Below the pieces are notes generated by a model that saw nothing but the letters and a program-made list of their open reading frames with translations, had not been told where the DNA came from and made no database searches. Position numbers and translations under genes: made by a program. Positions 1 through 13,220 of a stretch of DNA of 64,000 nucleotides are shown here, one piece after another (the stretch's first letter is position 1; each line of letters starts with the position of its first letter). The stretch is from Kudoa neothunni (Eukaryota > Animalia > Cnidaria), in contig OZ199838.1 of NCBI GenBank assembly GCA_964304625.1, forward strand, positions 1,437,158-1,501,157, given 5' to 3'.

Positions 1-1839
1 GAGCCACGCAATAACGCGACTTGAGTTATAGATAAAAAAATTTATTTTTAATGTTAACCATGTTTACGAAATGATAAAATAATAATACCAAAAAACTATG
101 TTTCTCTCCAGAAAGAATAACGTCGAAATTGAGCAGTATCCAATCTCGACTGCATTTGTGAGTTTTTTTAGTTTTAACACTTAATTCACGTTTGACAACT
201 GCTGCCAATTTATTTTTCCTATTTAAAACAGCGCAGTGTAATATTGCGACGAAAAACACAAAATAATGGCAAACCGTTGAATAATTATATCATGTTTTTT
301 TGAATGCTCTCTACAACGCAGAACTAAGCAAAATAAGGAAGAGTCTTTATATTTTGAATAACTGGTATAAGAATAATGGGAAAATAAGGAGTTATCGTTT
401 TATTAAGAAGAGGACAACATGTTTATATAGATTTTGCGCATGCGGGCTGGCATCGCATGTATAGTGTTACGTTATTTATTCAATATTTACTCGATAGAAT
501 TTCTGTAAATTTTAAGAAATGACATCGATGAATATTTTAAATAATTTTATTCTGAAGATGTTTTTACATTAACTATTTTGGTATATAGCAAAAATAATTT
601 CAATTCATTTTTCAAAAAACTTTCATAAAGATAGAAGAATACAAAAACTGGTGAGGAGTTACATTCCATTAACACTCTACAATATTGTTGGCAAAATTCA
701 CTTGGGGTGGAAATCCACCCCATTTTACTTAGAAGCTTAAAGTTATGCTAACCAAAATTAATTACGGTAGATGAGAAAAATTCTCAAATCCCCTGGGGAT
801 AGAAAATTATGTGAATTTATAAATCAACTCCCAGAAATTTCTTGGTTTATGTGAGGAGCGCATTTAATAATTTTACGCTATTAGGCCAGTGAGCCGCTCA
901 TTCATAATCCCCTCAGGTCCCAATAGAAAGTACGAACTATTGATTAAAATCGTTAGGTTAGTGATTTATTGATTGGGGAAATGAGTAATAAATTTATTTT
1001 TAAAGCGTTGAGAAATATTGGCTTCAAATAATTTGTAATTTCAATAATGATGAATTATGTGAATTCCAAAAATACCTTCTTGCGTGCGCTTTTCTCGTTT
1101 TTTCTTTTATAATTGTTGATAATAAATCACATGAATATTAGGTGCAAAGATTTTGCTTAATCAGATTACTTTTAAATTTTGGCCTAATTCATATTCGTCT
1201 AGAGTCGGGTTAGCGTGTAATCTCGATCATTTTGCACCAAGCACCGAAAACAGCTAATTTTTTTCTTAATTTAACATAAGTATTAAAATTTCAATTTTCA
1301 GTTACATTTTTTTATCTCTGTTCCGAATCTAACGTAGTAAACCTAATACCTAATAGATAGGATTGCCTAAGACTCTGAAATAATGTGTTATTTTTTTCCT
1401 ATTTACAAATATCGCATAACCCTTTTTAATTCATATTCAATATAGTTTTTTTTAGTTTATAAATTTTTATTAGGACTTTTTGTTCAATGGAGAAGATTTT
1501 ATACTTCAATTATTAGCGAAATTCAAACTAATAATAATTATAGTCATCAAACAAGTATTTTAGAACATAAAATTAAAAAAAATATAAATAAAAAATATTC
1601 AGCTAAAAATTTTACTTACATGAATATATTAAATAGGAGAATTATTACCAATGAAAAACATGGATTTATTTGATATCGAATACATTATTACAACGTTTTA
1701 TGCAAACAATTTTGTATAACACAGATGTTTTTGTCCAACATAAAAAAGTGATATCATTATAATGGAACATAATAGAATATAACATAGGTTTTCACCGTTA
1801 GCTACTATAAACATAAATGATGATTGTCGGTGTGTGTAT

Positions 1840-2855
1840 CAGCAAATATTCTAATAATTGTTTAGGAAATAGTGATTTTGTCGATTTAAAGTTTGTTAAG
1901 TGGATTACGCGGTTTCAATAATAGGATAATATAGGCTTATGTCATGGTTATGATCGGTTGAGGTTACCATTCCTCTTTATATGCTCCATCAAATGTTAAT
2001 TTAACGGTGTCGTCTATCTTTGTGTATAAAGTTAGCGTGCCTCTTTGAGTGTTTTCTCGAATACACACCTTATGTCGGGAGTTTTAATGTGTTTGAATTG
2101 ATAAGGAAACTTTAGAGGTTCTATTAATGATTTTAGAAATGGCAACAAATCTATATTTGCTCCTTTAATATCGAATTGTCAGGATATACTATATTCAGAT
2201 ATATTTAAGCTTTAAGATACAAGGACTGTGTCCGTAGATTTCATTGAAATTTCCCGCTCTGTTAAACTTTCAGTGATTAAAATCAATGCATGTAGTTGTA
2301 CTTTTATTTCATCCAATTATTTAAATTATTTACGATGATATAGACACGATTTGTAGCTGTTTAAGGAGAATAACGCATTAAAGTTTATTCAGGGCCAAAC
2401 GACAACAATTGGAATGATAAAAATTAAAGTTCGTAAATTTTATTTTTCTATATCTTTTTCATTTTTTATCTCTCTTGAATTGTGATTGATCAACTTCTTG
2501 AGTCGGGCCAGAATTAGACTTTGAAAGAATCAAGGGAAAAATATAACCTCTCAAATAACACTTTAAACGAATTTAAATAATTTGGGAATGAATAAAAATA
2601 TGACAATGACCTAAAATTATTTAGCGTAGGTGACGGATCACGAACTTATTAATTGAACGCTAGGATTGGCACACCCTTGCACAGAAATGATCATAATTCA
2701 AAATTTAAAATCAAAATCTTTAAAGTATGATGATTTAAAAGAATATTAGTTTGACTGCTTTTATAGATAAATTTTGAACATTATTAAATTTTTTTAATGC
2801 TAATAATAAACACAGTGCAAAGTATTCCTAAGTAAAGCTGGGTATTTCGCGAGAG
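1840..2855 (+). mobile_element. Decayed copy of the non-autonomous Helitron-like element at 46486-47593
   Basis: Colinear similarity to 46630-47593, e.g. gtgattttgtcgatt(t/c)aaagttt and ggttga(g/a)gtta...tttatatgctc. The 3' end cctaagtaaagctgggtatttcgcgagagt matches ccaagcaacgctgggtagttcgcgCTAGt, with the terminal CTAG degenerated. Confidence 0.65.
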
Positions 2856-2972
2856 TATGTGATAAAGTGAATTTTTCATCATTTTTAAGGACAAAACCAA
2901 AGATAAAATTGGAAAAAATTTTTATTATTTATAATTTTTTTGCTATAAATGATTTTTTTATTGTATAATTAA

Positions 2973-4116
2973 CCCTCTAATGTACTAAAAATTGATTACA
3001 CTCCGACGAATTCTGAGTAAAAAATTACTTAGATTTTTATTTCTCTATTCGAACAAAAAAAAAATATTTGATTTCAGAAAATAAAAATAGGAAAAATTCC
3101 ACCGCTAGATTCAGCTGTAAAACAACTAACATATCTATTAGTAATCATAATCCTACGAAAACTGTATTCGTTAGAATCCACCATGGCAATTTTCGATTAA
3201 GGGCTTTATGTTTGAGCAGATTTCACATTTATATCATGTAATAAATATTTTTATTATTATATGTGAAAAAAAGAAGAACATTCAATGAGAATAAGGTTTG
3301 CAACAGTTTCATACATCTGAAACAAGTAGTAGTGGGTTTCTTATCAATTTTCCGTAAAAACATTCAAACCTTGAATATATTGTTCATTTATTTTGTGTGA
3401 TGAGTTGTAGCAGAATATATAAGGTCGAACTCTTAGTATTTTGAGCGTCAAGGATGTATCTTTCCATTAATGGAAAGATATAATAACTTTGCCTAATTTT
3501 CAAAAACTTTCTCCTAACCATATTATCTCCCAAGTTTTATTTATATATGGAAACCGTATTTATAAATAATAAATCCATTAAATGGAAAAACAACACCATT
3601 GGCCGTCACTATTAATTGTGGGTTGACCCGAATTCTCGGTTTTCGATCTCGTAAGATTCTTCCGATATATCGGATTTAAAATATTCGTAACCATTTTAAA
3701 AGAATTTGACTAATAATTATAACTACTATCGGCTGGATCCATTCCTATTATCACAACAAAAAAGTTTAGTTGAAAGTCACGTGACCGCTCGTAGAAGTAA
3801 TAGTGGTATAACTTCAAATTTATCCATTAGAAAAACTTAAAATTTGTTATATATAATAATAATTATTTTATCTCTCAATTGGTGCGAACAAAATCTGTGG
3901 TAATTTTTTACCCCAAAAATTAATTGGAGTATAATCTTATTATAATTTATTTGATTTTATATTTTTAGTCGTACTATTTTAATATCATATATTATTCGCC
4001 TTTTTGGAAGACTAGAAAAAAATTCATATCCTATGAAGATCAAACAAATCACGTATACAACCAATAACTTCTTGTTGGGGTGAAAATTTACCCCAAATTC
4101 ATTATTCACTAGAGGG
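2973..4116. mobile_element. piggyBac-type non-autonomous element
   Basis: TTAA|CCCTCTAATG at the left end and CACTAGAGGG|TTTAA at the right end. Subterminal ggggtgaaaatttacccc palindrome near 4077-4094. No intact ORF. Confidence 0.65.
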
Positions 4117-4297
4117 TTTAACTATTTATTCCATATTTTGAAATTTTTCTATTTTAAATTGTTCAAAAACTTTTATTTGTCACATTCTAATAATTTATTA
4201 CTGTGTCATGTAATTTTCGATTTAAACCGTCGATTTTATCAGGATGGTTGGACATTACATTTTTTGGATTGTTTCGGAAAATTCGCCTTAATACGAA

Positions 4298-4800
4298 TTG
4301 ACAGAAATGATGTGTTTTGGGTTATTATATCAAGGATTGAATTGGTTAGATGAATCTGTTTTAAAAAACTGCAAGTTAAGGTTACCTAAAAAACAAAACC
4401 ATATGCAGAAACATTTTGCATTATCGAAGCATCGTACAGCCATAGAATCGTTAAAGGATGTCTCCCCAAGGCGATTTCGTTATTTAGAAATGATAAAAAG
4501 AAAAACACAAAGATTTATCTTGTTTCGGCTGTAGTGTATGACAGATTACAATATAATATAATATATAATCACACAAGACCTATAGGTTGTTCCTAAAAAT
4601 ATTGTCCAACAGCACCTTCATATTCTAACGTTAAAACTTTTGTTGATAAGCACTTTCCTACCTTGTTTGAAAAAAAATATTTTGGCAATGTCAATTTTTC
4701 CGACAGTATTTTTTAGACAAACCGTTGTTTGCAATTGCAATAAATTTTTTCGGAGATACGATAAACATGTTCTTTCAGATGAGAGAAAATCTATTTTGAG
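4298..4800 (+). pseudogene. Possible Merlin/ISXO2-like transposase remnant
   Basis: ORF fragment with LDES and 'MIKRKTQRFILF', loosely like ISXO2 DDE motifs; many stops. Weak. Confidence 0.25.
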
Positions 4801-5851
4801 TGGAAAATAGTGTAATTAAAAGCTAATTTTATTACATTCTGTGTATAATCTCGTTTATGTATGAAAGCGTCGAAGATTGCATGCTCTACCAATAACTAAT
4901 TCATACTCTTACATTTATTTCCTTTTTGATTAATAGATTCATAAGAATACGATTGGGTGATCTCGTAAGTAGATACTACGTAAAAATACATTTCTGCCAT
5001 GCAAGGAACCACAATGTTGGACGAATAATTATAAACGGATATTAAAATATTATCATATTTTTATTCTTCAAATTTTGCTAGCTAGTAAATAACACGCCGT
5101 TTTTGAGATTTTTGATGTAACGATTTGTAAAATTGCCATTGTACAAAAAATATTAAAATCATTATTTCGAATTATATCGCCTATTTTAGTATGGAAAAAT
5201 ATCCACATAAAAGGACTCATATTTCCTATTGGCTCATTACTACAGATGAACATTGGTCACCTATAACTATTGTATTTTACTGTAATAACGATACCATTTA
5301 ATCATCCTGTTACGCAAAACCATGTTAGCGACAAAAATATTTCCAAAAGTAATTAAATAACAATAAGAAATTATGGCATCTAAAATGAAAATAATTAATA
5401 TATAAAAAATGAAAAATAAATAGTAAAAAAATTTAAATTCCAAAGGCACACACACACACACGCTCAATAATAATTTTTAATCAAGAAAACTTCTATTCAC
5501 AGCCGTACCCAGCTTTAGTTATTTAGAATCTGTTATATTTAATTGTTTATGAATAACCGATCAACCCTTAAGAATTAGAAAAAATTATAGTCAAAACCAG
5601 TGACACCTTGAATATTATTACCCCAAAAATAGCAACTTCCAAAATATACTTAATCACTAATTAATTTATAATTTGTTGAGAGAAAATATTAATTTTTTTC
5701 AAAATAAATAAAAACTATTAACGACTAATAAGGAATGATTGATTTGAATAATTATTTTAGTCATCTCAAGATAACTACTGAGAGATAGTACGAATTCCGA
5801 GAAAAATCGAAGGGCGCTGACCTATGCCATTTAAGGCCTGAGTCAAGACTC

Positions 5852-5863
5852 CACACATGCGTA
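5852..5863. promoter_or_regulatory. NRF1/Ewg-type motif (degenerate) upstream of RFC1
   Basis: CACACATGCGTA, 35 nt before the ATG at 5899. Confidence 0.4.
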
Positions 5864-5898
5864 CTTAGAATCGATTACTGATATACCGATAAGATCTT

Positions 5899-8651
5899 AT
5901 GCCAAGTATATTTATTTGTTACAAGCTATTTTTAGATGATATAGGACATTTTGATGATAATGACGACAATGATGATGGTTTGGAAATTGCGCCGAAGTAG
6001 ATGAGACAATTTTTAATCCCAACACCTAATTATGGTTTTAACTTAAAATTTAAAAATTCTAGATCATCAATCGCAAGGAAACGTAAAGTGATGATTCTGG
6101 AAGATTCGGATCAATCCAATGAACACTTTCCTCCACTTCAATTTGATGACCAACCTGCCAAATCTACCTCTGATTCCAAGAAAACCACTTCAAAGTATCT
6201 CTTTTTCATCCTAAAGTTAGCACTAAATCAAATATTATTAATGAAGATCTGGGGATAAGAGTGATTCGAATAAACCCACCAAAACGATAAATAACTACTT
6301 TATGGCATTACATCGGGAACCACCCAAAAAATTAGGATCTAGACCTTTACCTAGAGTAGATGATTATTTTTTGCTTTATTTCCAAATTCAATCGATTTAT
6401 TTATTAGGGTAGAGATGATTGTTTGGAAGGTTTGACTTTTGTAATCACTGGAGTTTTGGATTCGATTGAACGTGATGATGCAGTAAATCTAATCAAGAGG
6501 CATGGTGGTAAGGTGACTTCGGCGGTAAGTGGAAAAACATCGTACGTGGTGTTGGGACGCGAAGCTGGTCCTGCAAAGTTGGAAAAAGTGATTTCTGCGG
6601 TTGAATTTTTTTGAACAAAAATTGGTAATAGATTAAAAAATTTAAAACTCCAACTATCGATGACGAAGGTTTGTATAAAATGATTGAAGAACATCCCATT
6701 AGTGCTGATAATGTGGAAGAAAAACAACCACAAAAAGTTAACGATAGTAATACTGTCAAGATTGAATCACAGCCAACAACCGAAATAACTCCAATAAGTG
6801 GCGATTCAAAAACACCAGACACTATAGATATTAAAGCGCCAATATCTACTATTAATTCAAACACATCAGGGTCTAGATCCAGATCAATATCTAGATTGTG
6901 GGTTGACAAATACAAACCTACTACGTTAAAAAATTTGGTGGGTCAACATGGCCCCAGTAGTCCTGCTAACAAACTAGTAGCATGGCTTAATAATTGGTAT
7001 TCTCAGAAAAATAGCGATTCAAAAAAGTCCGGATCGTTTGGAAGGGATGACGGTTCGCAATACAGAGCTGCTTTACTGTCTGGTAAGCCTGGTGTCGGAA
7101 AAACCACAACAGCCATTCTTTGTTGTAAGGAGTTGAACCTGGATTATATTGAGTTGAACGCTAGTGACACACGCAATGGATCTCTACTGAAGAACACCAT
7201 AAAAGAGTCTGCAAAGGGAGGATCGTTTTCTTTTTTTCTCAAACCCCAAAACTCATTGACAAATAACGACCAAAATAAGAACATGCATGTTATAATAATG
7301 GATGAAGTGGACGGGATAAGTGGAAATCAAGATAGAGGGGGTTTAACTGAGTTGGTGGCAACTATAAAAAATACTCGTGTTCCCATTATTTGTATATGTA
7401 ACGATCGATCCAATCCAAAAATAAGAACGTTGGCCAATTATTGCTATGATTTGAGATTTCAACGTCCACGGGTAGAACAAATCAAAGCATTCTGCTCGAC
7501 AATAGCCTTCAAAGAGCAACTATCAATTCAACCTCAAGCACTAAGCGAAATTATTTCTGGTGCCGATCAAGATATTCGTCAAGTGATCAATCGACTGCAG
7601 ATGTGGACAGCCACAAACAACTCACTCAACTTTGATCAAGTTCTCGAGGAAAACAAACACAGCTACAAAGACTCCACACAGAATGTTTTCGAGGCGGTGA
7701 GAAAGTTGATGAGCTCCACCGAATCACATAAAATGTCTACCAACGATAAAATGGATCAGTTTTTCGTTGACTATTCGATTATGCCGTTGTTTGTGGAAGA
7801 AAACTATGTTTTGGTTCAACCAACCTCGTTCAACAACCAACACTCGCACAAAAATCCCAAAATACAAACTCTCAACACATTCACTGATGTCTGCGATCTT
7901 ATGGCATTGTCCACTATCGCCGACAAACTCATACGATCAAAGCAGGCGTGGAATTTACTTCCAGTACAAGGAATGTTGTCGTGTGTTTTACCGTCGGATT
8001 TGGTTAACGGCCACTTACAAGGGATGATAAACTTTCCACAGTGGCTTGGCAAAAACTCCACCCAGGGTAAAAATGAACGTTATCTCGATCAGCTCAATCT
8101 ACACACACGTGTCTCAACCCACTCCAATAGAAAAGATCTCATCCTGGACACTCTACCGTTTGTGCATCGTTATATGGTGGGCAATCTGTGCGACCACAAT
8201 TGTGTTGAGGATGGCTCGTTAGACAGCGTTGTTCAATTGATGAAACATTACAATCTCACCCGCGAAGATTGGGATCTAATACGAGAACTTCAAATGTACG
8301 ATTTGTTAGAGAGTAATAGTTCTAGGAAAATCCCATCAAAAGTTATTTGAATATTAGGGTATGTGTTGATATGTAGATGTATTTTAGACGCTGACTTCAT
8401 TCACGAGATCCCTAAATAAAGTAAAAAGAATAATGCCCTACAACCAATCAAAACCAAATAAAAAAAGTATCAAGGCAGTCGCCGAGGAATTGTTAAAAAT
8501 GAGTATTGATGACAGTGTGGAGGGAGATGAGGAATCCTCGGATGAACTACCAACTCCTGTGTTGGTCAGTAGTGACACCAAAGTTGTAGCTCGAAAACGC
8601 GCCGCCGGTTCTACCACCAGCAGAGCGACAAAAAAGTCCAAAATTATCTAA
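5899..8651 (+). CDS. RFC1: Replication factor C subunit 1 (multi-exon)
   Basis: BRCT domain (CLEGLTFVITGVLDSIERDDA...SAVSGKTSYVVLGREAGPAKLEK). RFC box LWVDKYKP, Walker A GKPGVGKT, ELNASDTR, Walker B MDEVDG, and C-terminal FPQWLGKNST. The ATG at 5899 splices in frame through short GT-AG introns. Confidence 0.97.
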
Positions 8652-10585
8652 CCACAATAAAATTGTTAGTGTGAATGTGTCTATTTTGTTCTCTCTATAT
8701 ATCTTATTTGGATTTTTTGCCGATGAGCTTCTTAGGAGATAAATTAGATATTATATTATTTTCACTTTTTCTAAGCAATTAATTTAGTTCATTAATAAAA
8801 GATTGAATGAATAGCTTTAAATGATTTTTTTCTTCAATTTCTAATTCATCAACTTATTTACCGCAGTTTGTTTTACGTTACCTAATTTTTGAAAGCTAGA
8901 TTTTTTCTATCTTGATCGTTCTTAGCCTGTTGCGGGTTTTGTTAGTTTCGACTTTCTTTATCCTTTCAGGTGCCCCGAATAAGATAATTTCTTCCTAATT
9001 CCTAACAGACGCAATTTATTCAATTGAAATTTCGTGAATTCTTCAATATTTATTTAGCACACCTGTAGACAACAATTTTAATTTATATTTAACTTTTACA
9101 AGAAGCATGGCTTGAAATTTTTAATTGGTTCGATGGTTTCGTTCATAATAATCATTTTTGCGACTGCGAAATATTCATTTATATTTCTTTGAGTATTTAA
9201 ATCGAATATATCTCATTAATTTTAATTTGGGCTAGATATTCTCAAATTTAAATTATGAGATAAGGAATAACGAAGATTAATACAAAACAATCGTGGTCTG
9301 GTGAATGTTGTTTCGTTGTAGAGTTGAGAGTTTCAACGTAATTTAATCATGTAATGGGGTTTGAGGGAAGTTTAATGAATAACATGGAGTAGAGCCTGAT
9401 TTTGAGATCATGACGTTGTCATAACCTGAGGATGATCTCGTGTGCCCTTGTTGTCCGTATATTTTGATGTGTTGATAGGTTTGTGTGTACTCCTCTCCAT
9501 AAATTTAGACGTTTTATTCGAAATTAGACTTTTTTCGTACTTGCAACTCTATAATATCGACAAGAAGTTTATACAAGGTTTATTTTGGCCCAGGTTGATG
9601 TTTAAATTGTAGAATACCTATCGATTAATCGGGTTTCATGGCCGATTGTAATCAATAATATCTTAGAAATATGTTTTAAGTAGTGTTGAGTCGTTTAAAT
9701 AATAAAAAAATAATTTCTAAATTGATTTCTACTGGGATCTCTCAGGGACCCCATGGGTACACAAGGAATTTTTTTGAGCTCGGTATGGGAAGGGTTAAAG
9801 GATGAAACTATCTTATAATTGGAATTATTTGTTTAAAATTAACGCAGTAAATTGTTACATTTTGAATCTTTAGGAATATTAACATTTTTAAGGAGGAAAC
9901 AAGTTGTTAGTAACATTAGATAGCCATTTATTAGATTAAATGTGGACTTATTCAGTGTTCGTAAAAATTAAAAGAGTTGGATTAAAATGAGCGCAAAGTT
10001 TATAAAAGTTGTCGTACGATGATTATCCATTATATCATAATGTTTAATACTGATATACTTACCTTGACTAAGTTTTACTGTTTGTTCGTCCGATATATAT
10101 TTGCAAAAGTCAAGAAAAAAATTTTACGGCCGAGCATGCCTCACCTCGAATGCACGAATTCTACGTAGGCAGCATATCTCGCCAAAGTGTATTATATTTG
10201 ATTTGTGCATAATTGAAGTTATAGTAGGTCTGTAAAATTAATAAAGTCAATTAATTTAATTTTCAATATATTATTTTCTCTTCATAAATATAATAAATTT
10301 AAGCTATTTATTAAGTTATAGCTGTTTACAACAATCCCCAAATTTGCTCTTTAATTCACATATCACATTCCGGATAATTAAGATCCATTGTAATACTTTT
10401 AATTTAAAGAATAATTTCTTCAAAATATTTTCGCTGATATTTTTTCTATTATCAAATTCATAAAATTCTCTCATAGTTCGTATTCGGTAAAATACGAGAT
10501 TTCCATGATCATTAATCAATTTTTAATTCATACCCCTTCGATTAGACGATTATCTTATTGGTGCATTAATTAACATAACCCTCAA

Positions 10586-10652
10586 CAAATAAATAAATAA
10601 GTAAATAAGTAAGTAAATAAATAAATAAATAAACAAATAATTAATTAATTAA
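10586..10652. repeat. (AAAT)n/(AAGT)n/(AATT)n microsatellite
   Basis: Directly visible tetranucleotide repeats. Confidence 0.85.
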
Positions 10653-10904
10653 TTTCTCTCATAAATAAAAATATTTGCATTTGTAATTTATCAAATAAGG
10701 CAAGAAAAATAGAATGTATGACAATAACCTACATTTTGCAGCTTATGATAATCACGCGCAAGCGAGTCGCTTTGCAATTTTTTACCACAAATCAGTTTTA
10801 TTCTTATAATTATCAACCGAAATAAACAGATAATTCTCCTTACGCATATAGATTGTTATTTACTATTGGAAAACAATATACTACCTATTGGGAAAGGTTT
10901 TTAT

Positions 10905-10916
10905 CCCGCATGCGTG
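10905..10916. promoter_or_regulatory. NRF1/Ewg-type motif upstream of the KGD4-like gene
   Basis: CCCGCATGCGTG, ~140 nt before the ATG at 11058. Confidence 0.45.
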
Positions 10917-11057
10917 TATCTAGGAATAATTCGGATTATACATTAGAAAACAAAACTTTCTCTTCATTCTCCTCATTTATCAAACTCACACATTTAACAA
11001 GGTGTTACCTAGCTGTATAGCGGTGTGAGATACAAGGTGGCGTTATTGCTGGAACTC

Positions 11058-11369
11058 ATGCCAACGAGAGTACCACGAATAAAGTTTCCTGTGAGAAAAC
11101 AAAAACTCACACCAAATACAATAACATCTAATTTCCAAAATCCTATAAGCAGAGAAATCCACCCAAGTACTCCAACTAAAACATCTATCCCAATCAATCC
11201 AAATACTCGATCAAAAATCGTTAACGAAGCTGTTACCCCCCTTAAAATACCAACGATTACATATAAGCGATGTTGAAATATCGGTGATAAATGTAAATAA
11301 TTTCGGTCATACATTAAATCTAACTTATTTAAATAGAATGGTGGCTATATTGAAAAAAGAACAAAATGA
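11058..11369 (+). CDS. KGD4: KGD4/MRPS36-like small mitochondrial protein (2-oxoglutarate dehydrogenase adaptor); needs a 1-nt correction at the C6 run 11236-11241
   Basis: N-terminal PRIKFP, a low-complexity P/T/S linker, and C-terminal PLKYQRLHISDVEISVIN|NGGY (intron ~11293-11336). This matches the family pattern P.IKF...RR..(I/L)S..EI..I..GG. Confidence 0.7.
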
Positions 11370-11629
11370 ATTTAATCTAATTCGCCTTTAATCGATAGCT
11401 ATCGTTGATTTTTATCACGTGTATGCGTTGTGCGCGTGTTGAACACACGTTAAGTCTGCGATACTGAGATTTTTCATCTATTGAGAAATGTAATCGGACG
11501 TAGACAATATCAACTATAAGAGGTTGGTAGTAGCTAGCAATTAAAGTTATTAGTTGCATATGCTTCAACCTTACAGTGCTTTAATGTGTGTTATAATATT
11601 GACACGATAGTTGTTGGGTTTTGTGTTGG

Positions 11630-13187
11630 CTAGGAGTCATCGGAGTTGGGCACATTTAGGATTTCAATTGAGTCCTCTTCGGTGGATTCGGTTTTGTCGA
11701 TTCGACGAAATCTTGTAGGGTCCGGTTGGGTTACACCGATATGAAGGCTCTCTAATAGTTCAACTGTTTTCCAGGCCTGTTCCTCACTTTCATTTTCCGC
11801 TACAATGTAGTTTAGGATTAGAGAAAAGCTTGTTATTTGATAATATGACAGGAATAAAAATAGTTTACGTTTGCAATCGGCGATAGCTTCATGTAGATCC
11901 CACACCTAAATATATTGTTTTTATGGTTGTTGAATCAGAGAGATTTATGGATTGGCGTGTGGTAATTTAAGTCTAATAAAATGACAACTTGAACACTTCC
12001 GTTGGCGTGACCTGTGAGGAGTATTCGCGTGTGATTCCTGTTGCCGCCGATGTTGATAAAATCGTTGTATTCAGCAAAAGTTGTGATAGGGGAGCCATCA
12101 ACACTTTTAATGGTGCACAACCTATAATACACAAAGTAATAATTGTAGATAATTGTTGAGATTGGCCATCATACAGAGTTCCGTCTGCAGCGTTAATAAC
12201 TCGTAACGAATTTCCGTTGGGATGTATTCGTTGAATGAAAACATGGAAATCTCTGTTATGTCCATAGGGTCCTTGAGTAAATTTTTTCACAAAATTATCT
12301 CATGTTGTAATAGTTATCAAATCACCGATTTTAACATGATTTCTGTGGTCATCATCGTAGCGCAAAGTAGTAACATTGAAGGAAGCGTGAGCGATGGGGC
12401 CAGGCTGGGTGGAGATTATATCCCTAAATCTGGTCACTGTCCAGGTTTTCACATGATTCGAGTGGCAACACACTGACAACAAATTTTCAAATTAATATCT
12501 GAATTAAACCATAAAAAAATCCAACCTGAAATCAAATGTTTTCTGGTGAGAGAGATTATGGTGATGGGGTGATTATGTACAAAAAAGGATTTGTAGGAGA
12601 TATTTCCTATTCCCACAGTTTCAGGACGATAGACAAGAATTTTTATAAATCCACAAATAGTCCCGTATGCCAGCTCGATCCAATTATCAACATCTATCGA
12701 ATACGCGACATAATTTGTTTATTCACAACAACACACACGGAGAAATCACTTTGAGAGTTCTCTTTGAAGTAATAGGAAAGCGCGGTGATTTCTTCTCTAT
12801 CGGTATCTGTGATGAGATCGGTAAGAAGTATGTCTTGATTGCAGATGTTTACCGGGAATTTTTCAACATCTATACAACAGAATACATGCAACTTGGGGGT
12901 GGTTTAGAATTTCCAAATCAATTACCCATGTATTTGATGGAGCCATTTTTATAGCCGATAAATATCATTTTCTCGGATACTTCTATGCAAGAGATAGCAG
13001 TTGTACTTTGTTGCTGTAGATGATTGGAATTAATGTAAATACATTTTATAGTGTTATCACATTACTTTGATGACGTGAGTAGATGTATTCCAAAAGTTGA
13101 TTTGTCCGATTTTATTGGCAAAAAACAATTGGTTGCTAATAAAATACAACCAGGAGCAATTTGTGAATTCGAATGTCTCTATTATTA

Positions 13188-13220
<33 letters not shown>

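Noticed and set aside
6404-8641. Antisense and alternate-frame ORFs over RFC1 (and similarly over KCTD3, SMC5, PARD6 and the surface-protein gene)
   Set aside because: They are shadow ORFs of real coding exons with no independent motifs.
10036-10050. ATACTTACCT resembling the U1 snRNA 5' end
   Set aside because: It is simply the reverse complement of a splice donor; no U1 stem-loops or Sm site follow.
11377-11568. 63-aa minus-strand ORF as a KCTD3 C-terminal exon
   Set aside because: KCTD3 already terminates at TAG 11630; this ORF lies in the shared 3' region and has no motif.
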